Positions 26,033 to 38,000 of a stretch of DNA of 64,000 nt are shown in pieces; the stretch's first letter is position 1; every line of letters begins with the position of its first letter. Both the position numbers and the translations under genes were made by a program. The notes under the pieces are model-generated. The model was not told where the DNA came from, made no database searches, and was given only the letters and a program-made list of their open reading frames with translations. The stretch is from Nemertoderma westbladi (taxonomy: Eukaryota; Animalia; Xenacoelomorpha): assembly GCA_032718475.1 (NCBI GenBank), contig JAUCBJ010007860.1, positions 70,901-134,900 of the forward strand. The letters are read 5' to 3'.

Positions 26033-26283
26033 TGTTATTATTAATATGAAACAAGCATATGTAAAAGCAATGGGCTTCCGATACAGTAGCAGAAGAGGGA
26101 GAAAAATCGAAAAGTTGCTATAAGTGACGAATAAGTTGCTATAAGTGTACACCTGTAAGTATCCAGACAATGTGGAATTCGGATTGGAACGTCTAGTTGC
26201 TGATTGATCGATCACAGCTCGCCTCGCCAGTAGTGATTGGTCGGAGTTAATGGTTGGCCAACCAGATACGTTTTCATCATACA
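26033..26283 (-). repeat. Possible solo-LTR-like fragment
   Basis: TG...CA boundaries and several CCAAT-like boxes; no TSD found. Confidence 0.3.
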
Positions 26284-26608
26284 GGCCCGTAGCCAGTGGT
26301 GTTCGTTGGTTCGAACGATCCGCCCGGACCCGGAGCTGACTAATCATAAATAAGCAAGGTTCTATATCACTAATAGATACCCCTTTCTTACAATAATGAT
26401 GTACATCGCTGTGTTACAATATGTAAAATTATCGGCGTTCTGAAGTTTTAATTATTCACTTTATACTACTACTACTACTACTAGATCGAGCGAGCCCGGA
26501 CAATAAATCCTCTTTAATCGTTTATATAATCTTAATCAAATTCATAATCGGTGTTATTCTTCACCATGTCTAAATCTCATCTCCTTTTTATCAAAATGTT
26601 TGGCTCAG

Positions 26609-26889
26609 GTGACAACAGCCATGGAACAAAATGCGCAGGTGAGATCGCCATGGTAGCGAACAATGGAATGTGTGGGGTCGGCGTCGCCTATAATTGTAAA
26701 GTCGGTGGAATCCGAATGTTAGATGGACCGGTAACAGATGAGATAGAGGCTACCGCTCTCCACTTCAACTACTCACATATTGACATATATTCGGCTTGTT
26801 GGGGTCCAAGTGATGATGGAAAGACGATGGCGAAACCAAAGTTATTGGCAGCTCAAGCCCTGGAATATGGCACTAAAAATGGAAGAAAC
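26609..26889 (+). CDS. Proprotein convertase exon 3 (catalytic His)
   Basis: CAG acceptor at 26606-08 in matching phase; [27 protein letters not shown]; donor GTTAGT at 26890. Confidence 0.93.
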
Positions 26890-27510
26890 GTTAGTGATAA
26901 ATGATAAACATCGTATTGATTGATACAATGCAAAAGTGATGTATGTTTGTAAAAGGGAACTATTCGGCGGTTATGATCCAACTTGTATATTTTTGTAAAC
27001 CTACCTCGCTGCGCTCGCTCTGTACATAAATACACTCAGGTCATAACGCTGAAAAGTGAAGTAAATAGTTATTGTTTGTACAGTGATTTTTAATTCAGGA
27101 AATGAATTGAAAATTAAATTAAATTAAATTATTAAATATCAATAACTTTTTGAACAATGTTGTGATTTTGCACATTTAAATAGCCACTTTTAAGCAATAT
27201 AATACTTTGATAAAATGCATTACCAGAATTAATACAAAACTAATGATTTTACATTACATGTATAACAGTGGCAACCCCTCTGGAATATATGTATACAGTA
27301 GGAAACGCGTTAAATACTCAAAACATCGCCCCTCTTTATGCCTCTCATTAGTCTCATTTCACCCCCTAGAATCTTGCCGGGTGGGTGGGGACAATTTTCC
27401 CCTGCCCACCGCTCTGCTTCTCATCCGCCTATGCATATTCTATAACATATTGATAATGTAAGAATAGCTAGGTACTAGTAGCTATCCTTGTAGATTTCTA
27501 GTATACAGTT

Positions 27511-27620
27511 CAGGTGGTCCAGGTGGTTAGAGCGTCAGTCAAGTCGTGATTTCGAATCCAAAACAGCCCAGTTTTCCTTAACTTGAATCTAAGGAACTAC
27601 AGTCGCTTTAGCCCAACCAG
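27511..27620 (+). mobile_element. Possible tRNA-derived SINE head
   Basis: A-box-like TGGTCCAGGTGG-TTAGAGCG and B-box-like TTCGAATCC; no full cloverleaf. Confidence 0.45.
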
Positions 27621-27668
27621 ATGTAATGTATTTTCTGATGACACGGACCCCCCCCCCCCCCCCCCAAA

Positions 27669-28432
27669 TTTTTCTACAAATCTTTATAATATTGCTTGAA
27701 ATTTGAAACACAACTAGTTCCACCCACCGTGGTTGACCCCATGAAGCTGTAATTTTCGATTTTGCCTTTAAATTCTTTTTATAAGCGTTTTAAAATAAGT
27801 GTCTTTTGCGAAATCGCAATACCGTATCGTGGGCATTCTTCACATTAGTCGTAATTGTTTTATATCATTAAAAAGCTTGTGTTGCAAGGATTCCAAATAT
27901 GTAACAATACCTGAATTTCGTTGAGAAACAGCTGAGATATAGGCGTTCAAAGATTGTAAGAAGTATTGTTCGCTGAAAGCCATTTACTCTATTTAATAAA
28001 TACACGATGTTCTGGAACATTTTGTTTAAGTATGAATAGCTACGCAATAGATATATTGAATAGGAATTGCGCGGTTGCCAACCAACTCATAAAATAAATA
28101 AGACATTCTAGAATTTCGTGTATTTATCAAATAGAATGAATAGCCTACCCCGAATGATTGTTCTTGCAATCTTTAAACGCCTATTATTCAGCTGTTTCTC
28201 AATGAAATTCAGATATTTTTACATATTTCGAATCCTTGCAACGCAAGCTTTCCAATATTATGAAAAATTACGACTAATGTGAAGAATGGCCACGATGCGC
28301 AGTGTGGGCGCTTATAAAAAAAATTTTAAAGTAAAAATCGAAAAAATTCCGACTTCATGGGGTCATCGATGGTGAGTGGAACTAGTTGTGTTTCAAATTT
28401 CAAGCAATATGATAATGATTTGTAGAAAAATC
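27669..28432. mobile_element. Foldback/MITE with ~370-bp imperfect inverted arms
   Basis: TTTTTCTACAAATC..ATTGCTTGAAATTTGAAACACAACTAGTTCCAC mirrored at 28377-28431; arms pair inward to about 28050/28090. Confidence 0.8.
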
Positions 28433-28809
28433 TGGACTCATGAACATCGTGAACATGTACATACAAGCAAGTTTCGAGCGCCCGTATCTCAAAATTTAAC
28501 TTTTCCTCAACGAAATCCAGATATTGTTACAGATTAGGAATCCTTGCAGCGTTACTTATTCAAATATACCAATAAACCACTACAAGGTTGAAAAATAATC
28601 GACTGGAGACACCTTGATAGTTGAGACCATTGCTCTTACGCAACGAGGACCATCCAATCATGATATTGTGCTTTGGCTGCCGCGTGGTGAGAGTAAGCAT
28701 GGAGGGCAGAGAAACCATGACATGCTTGTTTAGTTACGAATATTAAAGTACACTGACCTTGATAATCTCGCGACATAGGGAATCCTTAGCATATCAGCAT
28801 CTAACTTGA

Positions 28810-30617
28810 TGCCATCAATGATGCTGATGACAGCAGCAATCATCCCAGGCATGGAAATCGATCAACTTGCTTACTGGGCGGAAAAGCCAACCAACCACCA
28901 AGTTTAAGGCTGAATCACCAGCCGCTCGCCTCAATGGTTGGAAGGCCCACTTTGAAAAGCTCCTCAATAATGACAGGGTATTGCCTGATAACATTATAGA
29001 AGTAAAAGTCCCAGATATTCCCATTGTTGATATCTTCTTTGCAGAAGTGAAGGCTGCTTCAAAGAGCATTAAGAGCAATCGTGCCAGTGGAGTAGATGGT
29101 GTTCCCCCTGAGGTCTTTAAAATACCTGAGTGTTTAAAGCTCATCTATCCCATCATAGTAGACATGTACCGAACAACAAGAGTCCCACAAGAAATGAAAA
29201 CAAATAAGTTGGTGCCAGTTCCCAAGAAGGGCAACCTAACACTCTATGGTTCTTTCCGGGGAATCTCATTGATCTCGATTGCTGCAAAGCTATACAATAG
29301 AATTATATTAAATCGCATCAGGGATCCCATTGAGAGACTGCTCCGTGGAAATCAGAATGGGTTCCGTAAAGGTCGTGGGACCATGGAGCCCATTTTGGCA
29401 CTTAGAAGGATAATTGAAGAGTTATCAAAAAAGAAAGACAGGCATCTGGCTGTTATCTTTGTTGACTTCTTCAAGGTCTTTGATTCAGTCTCTCGCTCAC
29501 GTATGTTCAGCATACTTTCATTATATGGGATTCCTGATGAAATTATTGCAGCAATCAGATCAGTATACGATGGTTCAACAACATTTGTGTCTACTGTTGA
29601 CGGTGACACAGAACCATTTGAAGTGTTATGGGGCGTCCTCCAGGGAGACATATTTGCGCCATTCTTGTTCATAATTGTGGTTGACTATGTTCTACGCATG
29701 TCCTTAGATCATCATAATGATGATGGGGTGATCATATCTCCACCTACTGGCTCCAGAAGTCGAGGAAATCCTGCCAAATACCTATCTGATCTAGACTTTG
29801 CTGATGACTTAGGAGTACTCTCTAAATCACTAGAGGGAGCCCAACGGCTCCTCAGCTCATTAGAACATGCTTCTTCTAGTGTTGGTCTTTTTATTAACTC
29901 CAGAAAGACCAAAATTTTGACAGTTAACTTTGAAAGTCCTCAGCAAGTCTCTGATCGGATGAGCATAAGCTCAAAGATGGTATGCTTGAGCATGTGGACG
30001 ACTTCTGTTACCTGGGATGATGGCTCCGGAAGTTAGGTGAGGACCTTCGAATGCGTAAGGGAAAGGCATGGGCAGCCTTGAATAGGCTTTCCAGGATTTG
30101 GAAGTCACCGATAATTAATCGGAAACTTAAGGTCCGATTATTTAGGGCAGCAGTAGTTCCAGTACTCCTCTAGGGGAGTCCATGCTGGGCTCTAACTGCT
30201 GAGGACACCAAATCTCTGGATGGCACATTCACAAGAATGCTACACCGGGTTCATTGTGTCAAGTACAATGCACACATCTCCAACCAGACACTATATAACA
30301 TTGGAGGTGTCTCATTGGTTCCCCCAAGCTTGACACTAGAACAAAATCGCCTCATTGCAGTACATTGCTTTCGCCGTGAGGACCAGCCAGTGCATAATCT
30401 GGTACTTTGGCAGCCTCATGGAGTGAATAGAATAAGCATGGTGGACAGACCATGACTTTCTTGAGACGCATCTTAAAGGACACTTGCCTTGAAGATGCGG
30501 ATGATCTAGCAAATGTCATGGGTGATAGGGAGTTGTGGCGGCGCAATTTTGTCGACAAGCCGGAACAGCATTCTTAAAAATGCAGCTGCAATGCAGCATG
30601 CCGATCCTAATAGTAGT
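28810..30617 (+). mobile_element. 5'-truncated RTE-like LINE (RT), TSD ATCTAACTTGA
   Basis: RT ORF 28867-30036 (FRGISL, VDFFKVFDSV, GVLQGD, LDFADD) with downstream frameshifts; TSD at 28799-28809 and 30618-30628; TAG-repeat tail. Confidence 0.9.
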
Positions 30618-30974
30618 ATCTAACTTGAACATTTAAAAATGATGAGAAAATTTAATTTGATAATTGTAGATAATTTCGGCCAGATAGGGCTTCCAAAAGT
30701 ATAATCAAAGTTTTTAAACTTTAACTCACAATGTCCATCCAATTAACCGGTATTAAAATTGCATGGTAAGGTTTAATGACTGTAAAAAACCTTACCGGTA
30801 GGTGTGTTAGTACCAAAGTATGTATAAAACTAAAAATCAACAAAACCTAGACGTTGCATACAATCTGTGATCAGCTGACGGCAGCCAGCTGATCGGCAGG
30901 TTTCGCCCCGCAGTTGAAGGCATTCTCAGGAGGCCAAGTCAGGAAACGTAGAGAGAAATTCACAAAGTGATACG

Positions 30975-31242
30975 GATACCACATTTTTTGAAACCAGCAT
31001 GTTCATTTTCATAATATTTTTCGACCACTTTTTGTATTTTCATTTTCTATTTCTGATAATTGGAAAATATATAAAAAATATTAAAAAAGTGGGGAAATAT
31101 ATAAAAAATAATAAAAAAGTGGGGAAATATTATGAAATCATAAAACTGGTCGAAATTTATGAAGCTTATGAAATTACCTTTCATATAAATCAAAAATTGC
31201 AAAAAACGGTTGAGAAATGGCGGAGGAGTAGTATTTTTCGAT
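30975..31242 (+). repeat. AT-rich dispersed repeat, inverted copy of 33722-33737 + 52559-52815
   Basis: Near-identical reverse complement; both copies give the same spurious ORF in the track. Confidence 0.85.
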
Positions 31243-31584
31243 GAAGTTAAAATGAAGAGAATAAGTTGAAATGAAGAGAGAAGTCTGTAACCACTGCCAC
31301 TGCCACTGCCACTGGTAAGCAGCACCAATCACGTTTTTGGTTGCTGATAACGGGCTTGCATGTTTGAATGTAATACATTTCCAGCTATTACAAGTTATTC
31401 CAGCTTATCTGGATTGTGCAATTGCTTTGAAATGTTTAAACAATTCACGCCAGTCAGTCAGCCAACGTGTATTGGGCACGCCGCGGTGCGTCATGATGTG
31501 GTTGTGCACAGTCTTACCCTGTTAGCTCCAATTTTTTTCATTGGTCTGAAACATAATATCTGTGAATACATTTTTCTGCTGTAG

Positions 31585-31762
31585 GGTAAGGGATCCATTT
31601 ACGTTTGGGCCAGCGGTAATGGCGGTATCTCTGATGACGACTGCAACGCAGACGGTTACGTATCCAGCCCATACACGGTTTCTGTTGGGTCAGTGACATG
31701 GACTGGTGAAGCTGCCTACTACGATGAACGGTGTGCCTCCACCATGGCTGTCGCTTATACTG
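31585..31762 (+). CDS. Proprotein convertase exon 4 (oxyanion Asn), not in the ORF track
   Basis: TAG acceptor at 31582-84; GKGSIYVWASGNGG..DDCNADGY..YYDERCASTMAVAYT; donor GTTGGT at 31763. Confidence 0.93.
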
Positions 31763-31932
31763 GTTGGTAGTATTTTACGGTCGATAATTGATTGTTTTAA
31801 TGTCTTAATTCTTGCACTTAGAAATTAGAAATTAGAAATAGACAGGCCTTATAAATTTGAATTTAAAATTATGTTCTAAAATTTTAAAATTTTTAATTAT
31901 TTTTTAAATTTTTAAAATTATTATCCCGTTAG

Positions 31933-33188
31933 GCAGTGAACACGAAAAGGAAGATTTTGAAGGTAAACTGACGCCAGATCATAAACTAGTTACCACTGAT
32001 CTCAACCATAGATGTGTGAAACATTTCCGAGGAACGAGTTCTGCGGCCCCATTGGCCGCCGGAATATTCGCCTTGGTTTTGGAGGCCAATCCCGAACTGA
32101 CATGGCGCGACCTTCAGCATATAATTGCCAGGGGCAGCCACATCCCCAACCCGCAGGAGGACGGCTGGTATGTAAATGGCGGTGGGCGCCATCTTAACCG
32201 CGGATTTGGATTTGGGGTACTCAATGCCGGGAAGATGGTTGAACTGGCCTTGTCATGGAAACCAGTAGGCCGTCGACATGTCTGTAAGATAAGGTACAGC
32301 GGAGGTGCGATTAAGTTTGGTCCGGGTTCACAATCGATCAACCTCATTACGACCGGATGTCGGAAGCTACCCAGTCGGATCTCCAACCTGGAGCACGTGC
32401 AGACTGTAGTCTCGTTCCAACACCAGCGCAGAGGTTCTGTATCCATCACACTCACCTCCCCCCAAGGAACCACATCCCAGATGTTATCGAGGCGGAGGCT
32501 GGATGACTCTGCCGAACGAGTCGATAGTTTCCCCTTCATGACGATCCATCACTGGGACGAGAATCCCGTGGGTGTGTGGAAGTTGTTGCTCTCAGGCGGG
32601 AAGGGGGGCGGAACCCTGTACAACTACACCCTAGTGCTATCCGGAACATCGTCGGATCCGGAGAGCGAATCCCGGGACACTCCCGAATCGATTTACCAGA
32701 TGTACGAGGACGAGATTGGCGAACCGAAGAACGTCGAGTTCAAGGGGGTCGTGGTCGATCCCGGCACTTTGGCTGACCCCGTTGAGATGCAGAGTAAGGC
32801 TGTCAACAGAAAGGTTGAAGGTTCGTTTAAATCTCAGAAAGAGTCAGAGTTAAAGTCTCGGAAAGAGAAGGAATCTCGTAAAGACGCTGAGTTGAAATCT
32901 TTGGGTAATCTGGATTATCAGAAACAGAGAGAGGCGGAGTTGGATTCTAGTAAAGTGGTTGTAGAATTGGAATCTAAAAAAGAGGCAGAGATGAAATCTC
33001 GGATAGCGTTGGAATCCAAAAAGGAGACGGATTTGGAATCCCAGGAAAAGGGCAAAGGATATCGGCAACGACGATTATTTCGAGATACAAATAAATTATC
33101 GAATGTTAAATTGCGTCATTTAAAAGCCAATAGGTGGGCATTAACTCCACGACAAGTGATGGATATACAAAGATTATTGAATAAATAA
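31933..33188 (+). CDS. Proprotein convertase exon 5 (catalytic Ser, P domain, charged tail)
   Basis: AG at 31931-32; GTSSAAP, LEANPELTWRDLQH, LEHVQ, RRGS, FMTIHHWDENPVGVW; stop at 33186-88. Confidence 0.93.
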
Positions 33189-33737
33189 TATTAAAAATTT
33201 TAATTATTGTATTCTTCCTGATTCAACAACTTTCTCGATATTGGTTCAGTTTGGCCGTAATCACAGGAAATACAAACCAACTGAACCATACATGTACGTT
33301 TCCGGACCGTATGAAAACAGAATAAATCTGAACTTTCTGAACAATTAAGGAAAAAAGAAATTAAATTCCCCTCCCTCGGAAGAAATTTCATATAAACTAT
33401 TAAATGTCAAAATTTCAAATCTGAAAACCGCTTAGAGAGATCTCTTTTAGTTCTCTAGTTATCGTGGAATATGTCTGTCAAAATGTAAGACAGACAAACA
33501 ACCGACCGACGTAGGCCTACAGACTAGATTCCACTAAATGTTAAAACTGACATCGGAAAAGAAATCAGCGACCCCGAAAACCCATTAAATATAATTTTAG
33601 CTCGGTGGTGTGCTTTCTTCCTGTCAGACAAATTAACCAACCAGACCCCATGCGTTAGTTTTGACTTTGAGCGAGCAGGATTGAACATTTAAGGCAATTA
33701 TCTCTGTATGACATTCTTTCAATCGAAAAATACTACT

Positions 33738-34995
33738 TGTTCGCGCTTTTGAAGACCTTTAGCAGTTTAACCTGCCAAAATTTATATGTCTTTTAGTTAA
33801 TTAAAACCACTTTAGCATATGACAATATTTTATGCTAATACGCAAAACATTAGCCGAAGGCAGCCCATGCGCGATCATTCACCCGATGGATCTACACCCG
33901 GGAGGCTGAATTCGGATGCTTAAATTGTATTATTGCAGTGTAAGGTTGCAGTGTATACCTACTGTATTATTCGATAGATCGTTAATAATTAATCTCTGAC
34001 ATATATTATTGGCTTTCGGGAAATATTAACAGTTCCTTTAGGACGTGGCGCTTTATCTATTTAAACAGAACTAAGACTTATACTAAAACGCAACGATACT
34101 GCTTATGATTAAAGTATAAAGCGTATTCTTTAGGAAATACTTTGTTACCAATCACAATCATACACACTATTCTGCCGACCGTCAGTATATTTGATCATAC
34201 ATAAAGAGAGCAGCAATTGACTCACGTAGGGTCTGCTAAATAACATTGGATTCAATACACACCACATTAATATAAATCGCAATTGTTATGTATAGCCGGT
34301 CTCTCTAACCTGTAGTGTTATCAAGAAAATTGGGAATTTGGGTGATTTATCCGTATTATCCAAAGAGCAATATTTCCATCAACAAATAGGTACAATTAAT
34401 AACTGACAGTAAATAACAGTACAAACAATATGATTAATGCAGTTAAATTAAGTAAGTATGTTAAGATGCGTTAAAATTCGATTGATTAATTAGATTCGAT
34501 TCGGTAACAGTTTATACTTTCGATAATTTAAGCAGTTTTACTAGAGTTCTTCCCAAAAGGCCGGTGTTTCTGGCTTAGACAGCAATAACAACAAAGTATC
34601 AAGTAAAAACAGTAAGACTGAACACTCTCCTTATGATCGGCTGAAAAGCTACACGTCGACAGGAAAAATCGCTCTGATTGGCTCAAGCCAAACAAAGAAC
34701 CATGCGTCCAATGGCTGTTTCCATGTCAGCAACCAGCTGTTAGATGTCGTAATATGAATCATCACGGCTAAGCTGTGAAAGGTAGTTGGTGCATTACAGG
34801 TTTTTTGCCTTACCATGTCCGCCAAAACACGTATATAGCAGAATGATTTTTATGTCCGTTAAAACACCTGTAAAGGTACCTTGCGGGCGAGGGGAATATA
34901 TATACAGTTAGAGAACCCTTTTAGAGTATTCCAGCGCCTGGGGGGAACTGGCCAGCAAAGGCAAACGTATCAGTTATCCCACAAAAGCTTTTACA
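33738..34995 (-). repeat. 3' LTR of element 2
   Basis: About 2 differences from 51301-52558 seen by eye. Confidence 0.96.
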
Positions 34996-35073
34996 CCGCT
35001 CCCAGAAAATGGGATTTAAGTCTATAAAATATACAAAATCACAGTTTCTAAAATATAAAAATACTCTAAACAG

Positions 35074-38000
35074 TTAGTCTTTCTTGCGCGGACGGCGTTT
35101 ACGCAGTTTTTTAAAGCTAGCAAGAGTCCTTTTCTCTTTGGGGCGAGCCACTTTACGAGGAGGGCTATAACTCCTGGGTGAAGGGTGCAATATGATTGCA
35201 TCAGAAGGTATGGGATTGCGATCGGTATATCCGCCGGTCGAAGTACCGGGTTGATTGACCTCAACGTCCGGGGAGAGGGGTCTAACGGCTTTGAGAGCTC
35301 GTTTCAAGACAGCCGCTCTTACGGGTCCTGTACGAGTGGTCTGCACGAGGGCCGTGGGTGGACCATAGGTAGTTAGAAACTTCCTTGGTTTAATGGTTCT
35401 TTCCAACTCGCGTTCGCGGGCTCGGTACTCGTAAGGCCGTCGATATACTTCTTGTAACTCAGGGTGTGAGTTGACGAATAAGTCTCCATAGGCAGGGTCT
35501 TGACGGATAAAGTTTATTAAGTTGTAAGAATGGATGTCACTCGGATTAATGCTCCTGAGGAATTTGCGTACATATTTGGTTGAAATACATTCTCCAACGC
35601 GCTTCAATAGTTCATAACTTGATAGGCGCGATTTTTGCTCGACGGAGGCAAACAAATATGGATGGAACGCATAAACTCCTTCGTAGGCGCGTCCAGGATA
35701 ATAGCGATGGCGTGAATCACAATGTAAATCAGCGTTCGCTTCCCAAGCTCTGATATAACGTAGTACAATCATCTCATCTACGCTCTCTAAATCATGGTTG
35801 AAGGGACAATCAAAGCTGGCGTGTCCTTTTAATTGACAATGATGGCATTGAGTCATAAATTTGGGGCAGACCCCAAAAATGTGCAAATTATTAAGCCGAC
35901 AATATGCACAATAGATTTCCATCGACGGTTGCTTGTGGAAATAGGAACAAAGATCGTTGGTGTCCATAGACGTAATATGGTCTCTCGATGCGCACAGCCG
36001 ACAACGTTGTCTAGAAACATAATTGGCATGGCGATAATCATACGCAGTAAGACACTGGGGACCTTGATACCATTCCAATATGTAGTCGCTATCGCTACTC
36101 CGAGACGTGGGGGGTTGAATCTCTTCAGATTCTAAACATATGGGTTCGTCTTCCCCTTGTATAGTTGAGGTAGGCATGGCCGTCTCCTCAAGTGGACCTA
36201 CCGTCTGAATTTCCACGACAGAATAACCGGTGGGGATCCGAGGTCTTTGAATAACCGAGGAGTGCAGGTTTATTATACAAATGTCTCTGAAAATAGCGAA
36301 TCCAGCGCTATCTAACTTCTCCGCAGCCGAGTCTCTTAAGCTGAGCTTGGTCAAAGCGCGGTCTTTGAATTGGCTATCCACGTTGCGAAACGGGGTTAAA
36401 AACCGTCGGAAACATTCAAAGCGGATGAATTTATTATGTTCATCTAGCTTAGCGAGTTTGGTCCCAAGGATTAATGGATGGGCGCGTATAGTACGACTGC
36501 ACACATCGGCTAGCCAACCGGAAAGTGCGGTGTTTTCGAAGATCGTGTAGATAGCTAAGGAGGGACGGAGTGGAACACTCATGAAGCTATACACGGCGCC
36601 AGGTGCGGTCAACGGTCCGTCAAAGTATAATCGAGAATAATGGTCTCCATATACTTGTTGATAATTGATGGGATTTCCGACCTTGAAATTCCACCCGTAT
36701 TCCTGAAAGGCGAGATGTCCGATGGAAGTTCGTTGCACCTTTGTAATGTTGCTAGACACATTAGCATACATGGTGCGAAAGACCTCGGCCTTCGGCCCAA
36801 GGAGCTATCAGCTGAGTATCCACGAAAGGATAGGGGATATTCTCCATATTCCGAAAGTCGTTTTGGAGATCTCCGTAAACAGCTGAGCCGATTTTAACGA
36901 TTCTTTCGTTGAATAACATCTCGAGAACGGGCTGGGGTAACATCGATCCATCGATACCCATGGCCGGTTTGCGTTCGGTGTCAATGACGTAACGCTGCGC
37001 GAGTTCGAATTGTCTATGTCGGAGATTCTTTTGCGTTTCGGTGAGAGTTTCGAAGGAATAATCGATCACGTCGGAACACGCTCGCGTAAACACGTGAGTG
37101 GAGCCAGCTAATCCGCGTATGTGTATCATGCGCGTAGTTCCTAATTCTCCGATTGGAACGCTACCTTCGTTATCATAAGTAACAACGCCATACATCTCAA
37201 TGATATTAAGAGTTTCATTCCACTCTTTGGTGGCGTTCTCGAGGGTCATCCCTACTGGATGCCACAAGGTGGCGCATTGATTAGCGTCAGGGAGATCACT
37301 ATACTTCATATATCGAGTGGTATACGTCTCCACATTTCCATATCTTTGGATTTTCTCCTCCTCGAATAATACGTCTAGATTTCAATGGACTAATCGAGTT
37401 TTAATAAATCCATCGAGGTTATAAGGAGGTTCTGTATCCTTCTCTATTCGAGAAACGTTGTATGGTTTTCGAAATGAGTTTGCCTTTACTAATTGATCCA
37501 GATGTTTTTGCAATTGTTCGAGTTCGACAATGTCTAGAGGATTTATTAGTGGTAGAAACTTTAAATCATGCGTCGGATCTTCTGGTTTTACCATATAATA
37601 TTGAGTCAGATTAACGTAATAAGGGTGATCTTTAATTCCATAAAAAGAGTTCTGTAAAGGTCTAGCGCGTATGTTGACATCGTGTACCATACGACGGACA
37701 AGATCCGCTCGATTGTCCGGAGGTTCAACGAGTATACCGTCAACTCGAGCGGCCTCGATTGGCGGACGCTGTAACATAGGAGCGTCAGCGATAAGATTTT
37801 GCGATCTTATGCTGATATCAACCGGTTGGGGTTGTATCTTTGCGAAAAGTTTGTCTCCGAAATGCGGAACCATCGAGGGATGACGGACGGTTTTAGAGTA
37901 GAGATCGGTTATGAGTATCTGAGTTTCGGGTTGGGCTAAAGCGGCTTCTTCTCTCTCATCCATTTCCGTATGTCTCTCCTCCATTTGATTCTCCTCCGCC

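Noticed and set aside
30999-31328. Small ORFs duplicated at 52444-52791
   Set aside because: Low-complexity AT-rich dispersed repeat with no coding signature
2455-33188. SAMHD1-like gene plus subtilase as a prokaryotic defence operon
   Set aside because: The protease is a spliced secretory-pathway convertase; there is no evidence of functional linkage
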